Assembly: GCA_949538735.1 (NCBI GenBank)
Contig: CATGLK010000006.1
Location: forward strand, 19,228 to 83,227
DNA length: 64,000 bases
From: an uncultured Clostridia bacterium
GTDB lineage: Bacteria > Bacillota > Clostridia > TANB77 > CAG-508
Reading direction: 5' to 3'
Shown here: positions 11,049 through 21,542 of the stretch, piece after piece
How the letters are laid out: every line of letters begins with the position of its first letter
Numbering within the stretch: the first letter of the stretch is position 1
Program-made: the position numbers and the translations under genes
Notes under the pieces: model-generated
What the model saw: only the letters and a program-made list of their open reading frames with translations
What the model was told of the DNA's origin: nothing
Database searches by the model: none

Positions 11049-11885
11049 ATGAGTAAAATAAATTTTAAAATTAAAAATGTAAAATTGGCTTTTGTACTAT
11101 TAATAGTAGTTGCATTTATTGTTCTTATACTTTACAATGTGTTTGTATTTTCTGGACTTGATAAGAAAAATGCTTTTACTAATCAGATGTTAGAAATTGC
11201 TAGCGAAAATGAAAATCCTATTTTTAATATTCAGAAAATTTCTACTTTTAGTAGTGCAAATGCTTTTAATGAAGAAGATAATCATTCTTTGCAAAATATG
11301 AGTATTTCTCAGTTTTCTGATATTGCTATATATCTTGATAATAGCTTGTCTTCTTCTGATATAACTGCTGAAAATACTGTTAGCGAGCTTTATATTGATA
11401 ATATTAATATTTCGACTGCATCTGATAAAGGTACTAAAATTTTGAATTATAAGAATTCTTTAGATTTTGGTAAGTATAAAGATTTGACTACTACTAATAG
11501 AATTAATTTTAAGGTTGTTAGGTCTAATGAAGAGAATGAGAATAATAATTATGATGAGCCTACTTTTTATACGGATTGTTCTAATCCTATTACTTTGGGA
11601 TTTTTGAATAAGAATATTTTGACTGATTATTCTGTTTCTGCTGATGCTAATTCTGTTTCTTTTAATGGAAAGGTTCTTCAAGAGGCTGGCATTAGTTTAG
11701 ACGATATTAATTATACTTTGAGTTTTACTATTCATCTTGTTAATAATGTTGGTCAGAAGTTTGCTTATAATATGAAGCTTGATGTTAATCTTGATGATGA
11801 GAATGGTGGTATTTTTAATGGTTATACTAATACTACTAATACTACTTCTGGTGATGAGTTTAAGTTTTTTAGAGAATTGAATTAA
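11049..11885 (+). CDS. Hypothetical membrane-anchored protein
   Basis: 278-aa ORF, N-terminal TM helix, GGGAG RBS, followed by a terminator hairpin. Confidence 0.75.
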   Translation: MSKINFKIKNVKLAFVLLIVVAFIVLILYNVFVFSGLDKKNAFTNQMLEIASENENPIFNIQKISTFSSANAFNEEDNHSLQNMSISQFSDIAIYLDNSLSSSDITAENTVSELYIDNINISTASDKGTKILNYKNSLDFGKYKDLTTTNRINFKVVRSNEENENNNYDEPTFYTDCSNPITLGFLNKNILTDYSVSADANSVSFNGKVLQEAGISLDDINYTLSFTIHLVNNVGQKFAYNMKLDVNLDDENGGIFNGYTNTTNTTSGDEFKFFRELN

Positions 11886-11890
11886 GAAAG

Positions 11891-11922
11891 TAAGAAAACG
11901 TTGATAAAATCAACGTTTTCTT
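11891..11922. terminator. Bidirectional hairpin terminator
   Basis: AAGAAAACGTTGAT-AAA-ATCAACGTTTTCTT between convergent genes. Confidence 0.7.
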
Positions 11923-11937
11923 GTTTCTCCAAACAAT

Positions 11938-12864
11938 TTATTGAGCACATTTTTGGCACGGTGTTAATCCACTGGCTATTGCCTGACTTAAAGTTGTCGC
12001 TGTTGAATTTTTTCCTCCACATGTTGATATATAATGATATCTTTTCCCTGTTGGTGTTCTGTATACCGTTCTACTATTGTTAGTATTTTGAGTAGTTGTA
12101 CTCTGATTTGTTTGCTTTTTTATTGTTTGCTGTTGTTGGGCTTGTCGTTGAGCTTGTTGTCTAGCTTGTTCTGCTGCAGCTGCTTCTTCTTTTTTTCTTT
12201 CTTGCTCTTCTGCCAATTTTTTGGCTTGCTCTGCTGCAGCTGCCTCTTCTGCCTCTCTTTGTATTCTTTCTTCTTCAAGTTTTTTCTCTTGTTCTATTCT
12301 TTCTTTATCAATAATAGTTATTTTTATCCTATTGCTCTCTATTTCATTTGAACTGACATATACTTCTGCCTCGCCTTCAGCAATTGGCTGAATTTTTGCA
12401 TATATGAATTTCTCATTACTCTTTTCTGTATTTTTATTGAACTCTACTATTTGAGAATTTGTACTATTAAATTTTATCTCACTTATATCAGCAGTTGTTG
12501 GGTCTATATTTAATAATATGTCTTTTGTTTCTTTTATATCTATTTCAATATCACTCTCATCAAATTTTAATTTTTCTATTTCTATTTTTTCTTCTATTTT
12601 TGTATTTGTATATGTCTCATTTTGTGGATAGTTAGTTTTAACATTTTCTTTTTGTAATGTCATACCACATATACTAAATAAAATTATAGGTATTATAATT
12701 TGTACTAATTTTTTGTCCTTTAATTTGCTTTTTTCATATATGGCTGGTATTAGACTGATTCCGCATAATATACAGAATATTGCTGGAATTATGTCTCCTG
12801 AGGTAATTCCACCTATTCCTCCTATAATTATAATGCTACCTAAAATTATTCTCAATTTCTTCAT
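11938..12864 (-). CDS. Membrane protein with Ig-like domain, coiled coil and C-terminal Cys/His metal-binding motif
   Basis: Three TM segments; C-terminus VYRTPTGKRYH...C...GLTPCQKC. Confidence 0.7.
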   Translation of the reverse strand: MKKLRIILGSIIIIGGIGGITSGDIIPAIFCILCGISLIPAIYEKSKLKDKKLVQIIIPIILFSICGMTLQKENVKTNYPQNETYTNTKIEEKIEIEKLKFDESDIEIDIKETKDILLNIDPTTADISEIKFNSTNSQIVEFNKNTEKSNEKFIYAKIQPIAEGEAEVYVSSNEIESNRIKITIIDKERIEQEKKLEEERIQREAEEAAAAEQAKKLAEEQERKKEEAAAAEQARQQAQRQAQQQQTIKKQTNQSTTTQNTNNSRTVYRTPTGKRYHYISTCGGKNSTATTLSQAIASGLTPCQKCAQ

Positions 12865-12978
12865 ATTTGTATTCCCCCTATTTGTTATATAATAACAAAT
12901 AGGATTACTTTTGTAAATACATAGTTGCATAAAAAACCGAGAAAACATTGACATTTCAATATTTTCTCGGTTTTAATT

Positions 12979-13052
12979 TGGAGGCGACACCCGGATTCGA
13001 ACCGGGGATCAGAGTTTTGCAGACTCGTGCCTTACCACTTGGCTATATCGCC
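12979..13052 (-). tRNA. tRNA-Cys(GCA)
   Basis: GGCGATA acceptor, CTGCAAA anticodon loop, TTCGAAT T-loop, U73, encoded CCA. Confidence 0.95.
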
Positions 13053-13101
13053 GTATATACCATACTATGATACAAAATAGAATTTTGTTACAAAAAAATA
13101 A

Positions 13102-13175
13102 TGGAGCAGGTAACGGGAATCGGACCCGTAACTTAACCTTGGCAAGGTTACGTTTTACCACTAAACTATACCTGC
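13102..13175 (-). tRNA. tRNA-Gly(GCC) with atypical T-loop
   Basis: GCAGGTA/TACCTGC acceptor, TAACC-TTGCCAA-GGTTA anticodon arm, T-loop TCCGATT, U73, CCA. Confidence 0.9.
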
Positions 13176-13246
13176 ATATATAAACACGTATATACGCATT
13201 TAATATATTAACAAATTTTACTAAAAATGTCAAGAGTGATTAACTA

Positions 13247-14713
13247 TTAATTTCCTATTGGAGCATAATTATCTGTAACAATTTGTTTTTCACTTGTAAA
13301 ATCTTGAATTTCATTATTCAACAAACCTTGATATTCTTCTTGTTTGTCATTGTTTACGCTTTTATTTCCTTTAAAACCTACAAGTATCAAATTTTGTGTT
13401 TCTTTGCTATCTGCATTAGTTCTAACCTTAAACATTTTTACATCATCAAATATTGCTTTGTATGTATTATATTCATATTTTATAAAGTCTGATTTTTCTC
13501 CTTCTATTGATGATATTATGTTTGTAATTACCATTCCATTTTCATTCAAATTATTATATGCTTTTTGCATTGCTTCATATGTTGTAAGTTCAAATGGAGC
13601 ATTTAATCCTTTGAATGCATCTATTAATATTGTATCATATTTAGTTTCATTATAATTTAAAAAGCTTCTTCCGTCTGTTGTATATATTTTTAAGTTTGGA
13701 TTATTTGTATCTAATCCAAATTCTTCCTCAGATATTTCTGTCATTTTCTTGTCAATTTCTACAACATCTATTGTTTTGTCTTGGTATTTGTTTAAGTAGT
13801 GCATTGGGTATGTGTATGCTGCTCCTCCTAGCATTAATGTGCTTTTGGCTTCTTTGTTATAGTATTCAAATAAATCAAAATATGTGAGATATTGTGCTCC
13901 CATTTTTCCTGTTTCTTGATTTATGTAAGATTCCAGCCCTGTGTCTACTTGTAATGTTTTGTATTTTGCTTGGTCTACTTGAATTTCTTTTACCCATATT
14001 CTACTATATTCAGAATCTACATCTTTTATGATATCTATATTTTTATTTTTAAATATTTGCGCACCTAAAATGTTGAGCCCTATTATTGCAATTAGCTCTA
14101 TAATGATTAATACGTAATATTTTTTGTCTTTATTTTTGAATAGCATAAATGACAAAATCCATAATAGAATTGAACATCCTAATATTATTGTTCTTACTCC
14201 TAAGTTTGGTATTAGTATAAATCCTGCAAAAAATGTTCCAAATATACTTCCTATTGTTGATAGTGAAGATATTTTTCCTGATGTTGCACCTACATTATCT
14301 GGTGCATTATTTTTTAGTTTTACTGCTATTGGCGATACTGCTGCTAGTAGAAAACTTGGTATTCCAAATACTATTGTTGCTGATATTATTGCTACTATTA
14401 TTAATTGATTTACTGCTTGTGCTAACGTGTTTACAAATACTGTTTCTAGTATTGGTATTAGGCTTGTTGCTATTGCTGCAATTAGCAAATAGTTTGCTAA
14501 AATGTTGATGTCGTTTTCTTTGTTTTGGTCAGCTTTTTTACCACCAAGCCAATACCCTATACTCATACTTGTTAGCATTATTCCTATTATTGTTGTCCAT
14601 ATTAGGTTTGAACTTCCTACATATGGTGACAATATCCTTGAAGCTATTAACTCTAATACCATTGTTAATGCTCCACTTAAAAACACTGTTATTTCTAACT
14701 GGTATTTTTTCAT
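13247..14713 (-). CDS. Fused MFS-like membrane domain / spermidine synthase-like protein
   Basis: MVLELIASRILSPYVGSS, STIGSIFGTF, VVEID, DGRSFL, YDTILIDAF. Confidence 0.9.
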   Translation of the reverse strand: MKKYQLEITVFLSGALTMVLELIASRILSPYVGSSNLIWTTIIGIMLTSMSIGYWLGGKKADQNKENDINILANYLLIAAIATSLIPILETVFVNTLAQAVNQLIIVAIISATIVFGIPSFLLAAVSPIAVKLKNNAPDNVGATSGKISSLSTIGSIFGTFFAGFILIPNLGVRTIILGCSILLWILSFMLFKNKDKKYYVLIIIELIAIIGLNILGAQIFKNKNIDIIKDVDSEYSRIWVKEIQVDQAKYKTLQVDTGLESYINQETGKMGAQYLTYFDLFEYYNKEAKSTLMLGGAAYTYPMHYLNKYQDKTIDVVEIDKKMTEISEEEFGLDTNNPNLKIYTTDGRSFLNYNETKYDTILIDAFKGLNAPFELTTYEAMQKAYNNLNENGMVITNIISSIEGEKSDFIKYEYNTYKAIFDDVKMFKVRTNADSKETQNLILVGFKGNKSVNNDKQEEYQGLLNNEIQDFTSEKQIVTDNYAPIGN

Positions 14714-14795
14714 TTATTGCTCCTTTTATATTCCAATTTGCTTTATTTATTATTTACTTATCTTTGTAGCACTAAATTTATGCTTTTTGATATTT

Positions 14796-16880
14796 TTATT
14801 TCTTTGTTTTTTTCGCTGTTTTTTTGGTTCTAGTTGTTTTGCGCTTTGTAGTTTTCTTTTTAGTTTCTTTTTCGAATTCTGCTTTTTCTTCTGGGTCCCA
14901 TTTTTCCCCTGGCTTAGGCTTGTTCCAAGAAATGTAGTCACAAGATTTTGGATTATTTTCGCATATATAGTAGTTTCTTTTTCTTTTTGTCTTCCTTACT
15001 TGTACTGTTGCCCCACATTTTGGACATGGTACGTCTATTGTTTCTACTATTGGTTTTGCATTTTTACATTCTGGGTATCCTGGACATGCTAAAAATTTTC
15101 CATATCTTCCATATTTGTAAACCATCATTCTTCCACATTTGTCACATTGAACGTCTGATACTTCTTCTTTTAGTTCTACATGTTCTAGCTCTTTTTCTAC
15201 TCTTTCCAATTCTTTTTCAAATGGTCCATAGAATTCTCTTAACATCTTTTTCCATTCTTCGTTTCCTTCTGCTATTTCGTCAAATTCATTTTCTATTTTT
15301 GCTGTGAATTCAACATTTATAACATCTGTGAAGTTCTCTGTTAGTAGTTTGTTTACTACTTTTCCTAATTCTGTTGGTATTAGCTGTTTTTGTTCTTTTT
15401 CTATGTATCTTCTTTCTAGAATTGTTGTTATTGTAGGAGAGTATGTACTTGGTCTTCCTATTCCTTTTTCTTCTAATGCTTTTACCAAACTTGCTTCTGT
15501 GTATCTTGGTGGTGGTTCTGTAAAGCTTTGTTTTGGATTTATTTTTTGTAGGTCTACTTCTTGTTTTTCTTTTAAGTCTGGTAACATTCCTTCTTCTTCT
15601 TTTTCTTGGATGTCTGTTCCTTCTACATATAATGTCATAAATCCTTTAAATTTAAGTAGTTGTCCATTTGCTTTGAAGTTGTATTCTCCACTGTTTATTG
15701 TTACTGACATAGTGTCGTAAACAGCTGCTGCCATTTGGCTTGCCATAAATCTGTTGTATATTAATTTGTATAGTTTGTATTGGTCTCTTGTTAAAGAGTC
15801 TTTTATGCTGTCTGGCTCTAAGTCTGCATATGTTGGTCTTATACCTTCGTGTGCGTCTTGAGAGTCTTTTTTTGCTCTATAATATCTATTTTCATAATAG
15901 TTTTCGCCATATGTTTTTACTATTTGTGTTTTTGCTGCTGCTCTTGCTTCTTCTGATATTCTTGTTGAGTCTGTTCTCATATATGTTATTAACCCAACTG
16001 TTCCTCTTTCTGGTATTTTTACACCTTCATATAATCCTTGTGCTGTTGACATTGTTCTTTTTAGTGTAAATCCTAGTTTTCTTGAAGCTTCTTGTTGCAT
16101 TGTACTTGTTGTAAATGGTGGCGCTGGTGTTCTTTTCTTTTCTCCCCTTTTTACTTCTTCTACGATGTATTTTTCTTTTTCTATTTGTTCTAGTATTTTG
16201 TCTACTTCTTCTTTGCTATGTATTTCTAGCTTTTTCCCATTTTGACCATAGAATTTTGCTTGGAATTGTTTTTTGCTTTCTTTGTCTTTTAAGTCAACAT
16301 ATATGTTCCAATATTCTTCTGGTTTGAAGTTTTCAATTTCTTCTTCTCTTTCTACTATTAGCTCTACTGCAACTGATTGTACACGTCCTGCTGATAGTCC
16401 TCTTCTTACTTTTTTCCAAAGTAGTGGGCTTATTTTGTATCCAACTATTCTATCTAGTACACGTCTTGCTTGTTGTGCGTCTACTAAGTTGACGTCTATG
16501 TCTCTTGGTTCTTTTATTGCTTTTTGTACTGCCCCTTTTGTGATTTCATTAAATGTTACTCTTGTTATTTTTGCTTCTTCATCTTTTAGTATTGTTGCTA
16601 GGTGCCATGCTATCGCTTCACCCTCACGGTCAGGGTCAGTTGCAAGATATACTTTATCTGCTTGCTTTGCTTCTTTCTTTAATAATTTTATTAGGTCTCC
16701 TTTTCCCCTTATGTTTATATATTCTGGTTCAAAGTCATTTTCTATATTTACTCCTAGTTTTGATTTTGGTAGGTCTCTTATGTGCCCCATTGACGCTACT
16801 ACTTTTGTACTACCACCTAGGAATTTTTTTATTGTGTTTGCTTTTGCTGGTGATTCTACTATTATTAATTTACTTGCCAT
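14796..16880 (-). CDS. topA: DNA topoisomerase I
   Basis: LIIVESPAKA, ATDPDREGE, SAGRVQS, ITYMRTDS, C-terminal Zn ribbons. Confidence 0.98.
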   Translation of the reverse strand: MASKLIIVESPAKANTIKKFLGGSTKVVASMGHIRDLPKSKLGVNIENDFEPEYINIRGKGDLIKLLKKEAKQADKVYLATDPDREGEAIAWHLATILKDEEAKITRVTFNEITKGAVQKAIKEPRDIDVNLVDAQQARRVLDRIVGYKISPLLWKKVRRGLSAGRVQSVAVELIVEREEEIENFKPEEYWNIYVDLKDKESKKQFQAKFYGQNGKKLEIHSKEEVDKILEQIEKEKYIVEEVKRGEKKRTPAPPFTTSTMQQEASRKLGFTLKRTMSTAQGLYEGVKIPERGTVGLITYMRTDSTRISEEARAAAKTQIVKTYGENYYENRYYRAKKDSQDAHEGIRPTYADLEPDSIKDSLTRDQYKLYKLIYNRFMASQMAAAVYDTMSVTINSGEYNFKANGQLLKFKGFMTLYVEGTDIQEKEEEGMLPDLKEKQEVDLQKINPKQSFTEPPPRYTEASLVKALEEKGIGRPSTYSPTITTILERRYIEKEQKQLIPTELGKVVNKLLTENFTDVINVEFTAKIENEFDEIAEGNEEWKKMLREFYGPFEKELERVEKELEHVELKEEVSDVQCDKCGRMMVYKYGRYGKFLACPGYPECKNAKPIVETIDVPCPKCGATVQVRKTKRKRNYYICENNPKSCDYISWNKPKPGEKWDPEEKAEFEKETKKKTTKRKTTRTKKTAKKTKK

Positions 16881-16965
16881 AGTTTTCCTCCTTTTATTGC
16901 TATTTTCTTTGTTGCTATATGTTATTTTAGACTAATTTCCCATTTTTTGCAAGCTTTTTTGGAAA

Positions 16966-17289
16966 CTATAATAAATATGCACTTTTTGATAAATCACAGA
17001 TGACGTCTTGTACACATACTGGTGTAACTTCGTTGTCTTTTAATATTTTTAAAATTTCGTCTACTTTTTCTTCGTTATTTGATAAGTATTCGATAGTTTT
17101 GTCCTCTGTTTTTTTGTCATTTTCTATGTATTGGGTTTTTACAATTTTTATGCCATATTTACTGTTTGTTCCTTTTACAAATTCGTCTTCATTTATTATT
17201 TTGTAATACTCCAATTTGATTGGATTTTCCACTCCTGCTTCTTCTAATTTTTCTTTTTCTATGAATATACTTCCATAAAATCTTTTCAT
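16966..17289 (-). CDS. Small conserved clostridial protein (DUF6514-like)
   Basis: LEYY...YGIKIVK...L..NEVTP...DVI pattern. Confidence 0.65.
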   Translation of the reverse strand: MKRFYGSIFIEKEKLEEAGVENPIKLEYYKIINEDEFVKGTNSKYGIKIVKTQYIENDKKTEDKTIEYLSNNEEKVDEILKILKDNEVTPVCVQDVICDLSKSAYLL

Positions 17290-17451
17290 TTTTCTCCCTC
17301 TCTTTCGTATTAAACAGAAATTATAATACTACTATTTTCAAGGGTTTGCAAGATTTTTTCATCGCAATATTTTATGTTTTTTTATGTTTTTTTGCATATT
17401 TCGTTTTGTCTCGACATATTAGTTTTTTGTTTTATGTTTTTCTTGTTTGCT

Positions 17452-17468
17452 TTCGACAAATTTCGATA
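17452..17468 (-). promoter_or_regulatory. Spo0A-box-like site(s)
   Basis: TGTCGAA on minus strand at 17452-17458 plus an adjacent near-match. Confidence 0.45.
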
Positions 17469-17588
17469 GATTTTTTTATTTATTTTTAGTAAAATATATT
17501 TAGATTGATTTCTTTCTATTTTATTTTATATATTTTTATTTTAAAATAGTAGTAATTTTGGATTACTACTATCTCTGTCTACTTTAAT

Positions 17589-18533
17589 TTATTGCTCTTT
17601 TTCTTTCATTTCTATTTCTTCGTAATATTCACATTTATTTTCAATTGTTTTATTTCTTAAAACAACATACAATTCTGTTGATGTAGCTGCTCTGTATGGG
17701 TTTGCATATAGTAGGTTTATCATTCCAAATGTGAAAATAGAGGCTATCTCCCATCCTATAAATGATAGGTCTAGTACAAATGCTCTCCATTTATTGTGTT
17801 TCATCATTTCTTTTGAAAGTTTAAATGCTTTTTTTCTTTTTATTTTTGGATTTTCGGCTAATATGTATGGTATCATTCTATATTCATACATTTTTATTGG
17901 TCCACCTATTATTGTTAAATACCATAACATATTGTATATATTTCTTAAGAACATTGTTAATGCCACATTAAACCAATTTTCTTTTTTGAATATATCTTTT
18001 GCTATGTCTGTTATCTGCGTATTTTCTTCTGCTCTTGCTTTTAAAAAGTACTTTCTTCCTGCTACTATTAGTGGATCTCCTATCATTATTACAAATAGCA
18101 ATGATATTAGTGCTGTTATTGAAAGTGTAACTCCTAAAAATGCCTGATTTATATTAAATGACGTTATTGCATCTATTATTTTGAATATATATTTTTGTGA
18201 TTTTGTTGCACTACTTACATTTGCTTTTACTATTTCTATTACTTTTTTCTCTGAGTCTGTTAAGTTTTCAATTCCAATTTCTTCTTCTACTTCTGATATT
18301 TTTTCTAATATTATTTCTACTTTTTCTTGGTCTATATCTTCATTTTCTTGTATTTGCTCTTGCCTAACTATATAAGTTGGGTCTAATGAATCTTCTCCTT
18401 GTAGCCAACCTATTATTGATGTTCCAAATTCTCCTGTTAAAAGCGCAAGTAAAAAACATACTACTATTACTGTCCAGTAGTTTTTCTTTACTACTTCTCG
18501 TGCTTTAGCTTTTAATTCTTTTCTTTTCCACAT
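17589..18533 (-). CDS. DUF975-family membrane protein
   Basis: RKELKAKAR start, Y.YRMIPYILAENP, SKEMMK..KWR.FVLDLSFIGW. Confidence 0.85.
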   Translation of the reverse strand: MWKRKELKAKAREVVKKNYWTVIVVCFLLALLTGEFGTSIIGWLQGEDSLDPTYIVRQEQIQENEDIDQEKVEIILEKISEVEEEIGIENLTDSEKKVIEIVKANVSSATKSQKYIFKIIDAITSFNINQAFLGVTLSITALISLLFVIMIGDPLIVAGRKYFLKARAEENTQITDIAKDIFKKENWFNVALTMFLRNIYNMLWYLTIIGGPIKMYEYRMIPYILAENPKIKRKKAFKLSKEMMKHNKWRAFVLDLSFIGWEIASIFTFGMINLLYANPYRAATSTELYVVLRNKTIENKCEYYEEIEMKEKEQ

Positions 18534-18689
18534 TACATTTTCTCCTAGTTTTTAATTATGTAAAAAGTATGCTCTCTTCTTTATGTTCTATATAATTATA
18601 AACTAAATGTTCCTTCTAGGCAAGCCATTTTTTGCTTATTTATTTTTTTGTGTTATATTTTTAGTAGGTCTACCTTTTATATTAGCTTT

Positions 18690-19907
18690 TTATTTTTTTA
18701 TGTCTTTCAGTTTTAGTATATCCCCTGCATTTAACTTTCCTGCCCTTGTTATTGTGTTGTATCCATATTTGTTTTTAAGTTCATCTACTACTTTGTCTAG
18801 TTTTTCTTGCTTTTTATCCTTTTGGCTATGAAATAATGATAGTTGTTGTTCTTCTTTTTCTATTAAATTGTCTACTCTTACTCCTATCAGCCTTATCTCG
18901 CTTGTTTTTTTGTACATTTGATTTAGCAATTCTTTTGCTTTTGCATATATTTCTTTTGTACTATCTGTTGCTATTTGTAGCTTTCCTTGATGTGAACTGT
19001 CTATAAAGTCTTTTGTTCTTAATTGTACATTTACTGTTGTTGCCAATAAATCATATCTTCTTAACCTGTAAGTTACTTGCTCTGTTAGTGCCAGTACTAT
19101 TTCCTCTAATTTTTCTATTTCATTTATATTTTGTGGCAACGTTATGGAATTCCCTACTCCTTTTGGCTTTTCTTGTTTGTATTGTACTTCTGAATTGTCT
19201 ATTCCATTTGCATATTCCCACATTTGTATTCCGTGTTTTCCAAACTTTTTGCTAATTACATTTTTGTCAGCTTTTGCCAGTTCTCCAATTGTTCTTATTT
19301 GCATATTATAAAGTTTTGGCACTGTTTTTTTGCCTAGCATAAATAATTCTGATACTGGCAATTTCCACATTTTTGTTGGTATTTCTTCTTCATATAATGT
19401 GTGTATTTTATCAGGCTTTGTAAAGTCTGATGCCATTTTTGCAAGTAGCTTGTTGTGTGCTACTCCAATATTTACTGTAAATCCTAATTCTTCTTTTACT
19501 CTTTTACTTATTTCTTTTGCTTTGTTTATTAGTGTATCTTTCATTAAGTATTGTGTCATGTCCAGAAAGCACTCATCTATACTAAATCTTTCTATTTTAT
19601 CTGTATATTCTAATAATAGGTTGTATAACTTGTCTGAGTATTCTCTGTATATTTTGAAGTCTGATGAATATATTTTTACTCCAGGACATTTTATTCTTGC
19701 TTGATATATTGTTTCTGCTGTTCTTATTCCACATTCTTTTGCTTTCATACTTTTTGCGAGTACTATTCCTGACCTCTTTGTTTCATCTCCACCTATTATT
19801 GCTGGAATTTCTCTTATATCTATTTTACTTCCCTTTTTTAGCATATCTACCGCTGTCCAACTTAAAAATGCATTATTTACATCCACGTGTAATATTTGTC
19901 TTTTCAT
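18690..19907 (-). CDS. dinB: DNA polymerase IV
   Basis: ILHVDVNNAF, SIDECFLD, NKLLAKMASD..KP; start set at MKRQ. Confidence 0.93.
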   Translation of the reverse strand: MKRQILHVDVNNAFLSWTAVDMLKKGSKIDIREIPAIIGGDETKRSGIVLAKSMKAKECGIRTAETIYQARIKCPGVKIYSSDFKIYREYSDKLYNLLLEYTDKIERFSIDECFLDMTQYLMKDTLINKAKEISKRVKEELGFTVNIGVAHNKLLAKMASDFTKPDKIHTLYEEEIPTKMWKLPVSELFMLGKKTVPKLYNMQIRTIGELAKADKNVISKKFGKHGIQMWEYANGIDNSEVQYKQEKPKGVGNSITLPQNINEIEKLEEIVLALTEQVTYRLRRYDLLATTVNVQLRTKDFIDSSHQGKLQIATDSTKEIYAKAKELLNQMYKKTSEIRLIGVRVDNLIEKEEQQLSLFHSQKDKKQEKLDKVVDELKNKYGYNTITRAGKLNAGDILKLKDIKK

Positions 19908-19922
19908 ATTATCACCAAAGTT

Positions 19923-19951
19923 ATTATAGAATATATGTTTGTATTTGTCAA
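19923..19951 (-). promoter_or_regulatory. dinB promoter with possible LexA box in the spacer
   Basis: TTGACA-17-TATAAT; spacer holds GAATATATGTTT, close to Firmicutes GAAC-N4-GTTC/T. Confidence 0.55.
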
Positions 19952-20014
19952 GCGCTTTTGTCATTTTGGGTACTCCTTGACAAAGTGTTGTATAATACAA
20001 AAGAGGTGATTTTA

Positions 20015-20770
20015 ATGAAAGCTTTAATAACAGGCGCATCGTCAGGAATAGGAAAAGATATGGCGAAAATCCTAAGTCAAAAAGGATATGAATTAGTATT
20101 AGTAGCCAGAGACGAAGAAAAACTCAATCAAGTAAAAGAAGAATTAAACAATACAAAAATACAAACCATATCAATGGATTTAAGTGAAGAAGAAAACTGC
20201 AAAAAATTGTATGAACAAGTAAAAGACATAGATATATTAATAAATAATGCAGGTTTTGGAGATTGTGGAAACTTTACAAAAACAGATTTAGAAAAAGAAA
20301 TCAAAATGATAAAAACAAACATAACAGCATATCACATTTTAACAAAATTGTACTTAACCGATATGAAAAAAGCTCAAAAAGGGAAAATACTAAATGTAGC
20401 ATCAATTGCAGGATTTATGCCAGGACCGCTAATGGCAACATATTATGCAACTAAAGCATATATAGTGAGATTGTCAGAAGCAATTCGAGAAGAACTAAAA
20501 CAAGAAAAATCAAAAGTACAAATAAGCATATTATGCCCAGGACCAGTGGACACAAATTTTAATAATGTAGCGAATGTTAAATTTCATATGAGAGAAGCAA
20601 ATAGCTATGATGTGGCTAAATATGCTATAAAAAAATTAGAAAAAGGGAATTTCTATATAGTGCCAGGAATGGATGTGAAACTTGCAAGATTTGGAGCAAA
20701 GTTAACTCCAGCACCACTTATTTCGAAAATAACATATAGAATTCAAAAGAGAAAAATCAGTAGAGAGTAG
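20015..20770 (+). CDS. Short-chain dehydrogenase/reductase
   Basis: TGASSGIG, NNAG, YYATK; GAGGTG RBS before ATG 20015. Confidence 0.92.
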   Translation: MKALITGASSGIGKDMAKILSQKGYELVLVARDEEKLNQVKEELNNTKIQTISMDLSEEENCKKLYEQVKDIDILINNAGFGDCGNFTKTDLEKEIKMIKTNITAYHILTKLYLTDMKKAQKGKILNVASIAGFMPGPLMATYYATKAYIVRLSEAIREELKQEKSKVQISILCPGPVDTNFNNVANVKFHMREANSYDVAKYAIKKLEKGNFYIVPGMDVKLARFGAKLTPAPLISKITYRIQKRKISRE

Positions 20771-20784
20771 TATAAAACTAAAAC

Positions 20785-20847
20785 CTGCCATTAAGGTCTG
20801 TCCCCAATGGCAAAAAATTGCCAAAAAGGTCCGTCCCTCGTGGCAAT
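20785..20847. repeat. Two REP-like units between convergent genes
   Basis: TGCCATTAAGGTCTGTCCCCAATGGCA and TGCCAAAAAGGTCCGTCCCTCGTGGCA. Confidence 0.8.
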
Positions 20848-20850
20848 TTT

Positions 20851-21414
20851 TTATTTTCTTGTGAATTTGTTTAGAACTATTCCTACTGCGTGTACTATTT
20901 CTGTTGATTTGTTATTTGCTACTCCTTTTCCTAGTGCTTTTCCGCCTACTGTAAGGGCTGCTACTAGTGCACTTAGTAAGAATTGTAAGTCAAATTGTAA
21001 ACCAAATTGCTCGGTTATCTTCATTGATATTAATGCACTTATTGCACCACTTAGTACTCCACATATGTCTCCAATTACGTCTGCACATATATTGGCTACT
21101 TTTGGTGCGTTTCTTATTAGTTTTATTGAGTCTTTTGAGCCTTTTACTTTTTTTGTTGCTTTTGCGTGGAATTCGTGCTCATTGGCTACTGTTACTGCTA
21201 CTCCTATGATGTCGAAAAATATTCCTACTCCTATTACTAGTATTAAGATTAGTATTGCTGATATTAGGTTTAGGTGTGATACTCCATTCGCTGATATGTA
21301 TGAGAATATCATTGATAGTATGAATGTCATAATGAATACTTGTATGAACCATTTAATGTTCGAGTTTTCTTTTTTGTTTTTTTGGTTTTCTTTGTTTTCT
21401 TGCGTATTGCTCAT
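20851..21414 (-). CDS. oapA: OLE-associated protein A (CNNM/DUF21-like membrane protein)
   Basis: FFDIIGVAVT, CADVIGDICGVLSG, AALTVGGKALGK; directly downstream of OLE RNA. Confidence 0.85.
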   Translation of the reverse strand: MSNTQENKENQKNKKENSNIKWFIQVFIMTFILSMIFSYISANGVSHLNLISAILILILVIGVGIFFDIIGVAVTVANEHEFHAKATKKVKGSKDSIKLIRNAPKVANICADVIGDICGVLSGAISALISMKITEQFGLQFDLQFLLSALVAALTVGGKALGKGVANNKSTEIVHAVGIVLNKFTRK

Positions 21415-21542
21415 TTTTTCTTTGTCTTTCTCCTTTTTTATTTTCTTATAAATCTAAATTGGACTTGAATTATGTAGTTTAATACATTTTTATCAAGCCC
21501 TTGTTATTTGTTTGTTTAGATGGTCAAAGTCTAAGTAAATTT

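Noticed and set aside
13130-13150. tRNA-Gly as a quadruplet-anticodon tRNA
   Set aside because: The loop is a standard 7 nt (TTGCCAA), not NCCG in an 8-nt loop
13009-13233. ORFs over tRNA genes (also 59738-59998)
   Set aside because: They overlap clear tRNAs
19664-20014. Long N-terminal extensions of the SDR and dinB ORFs
   Set aside because: They overlap the opposite gene and promoter; RBS and motifs support starts at 20015 and 19907
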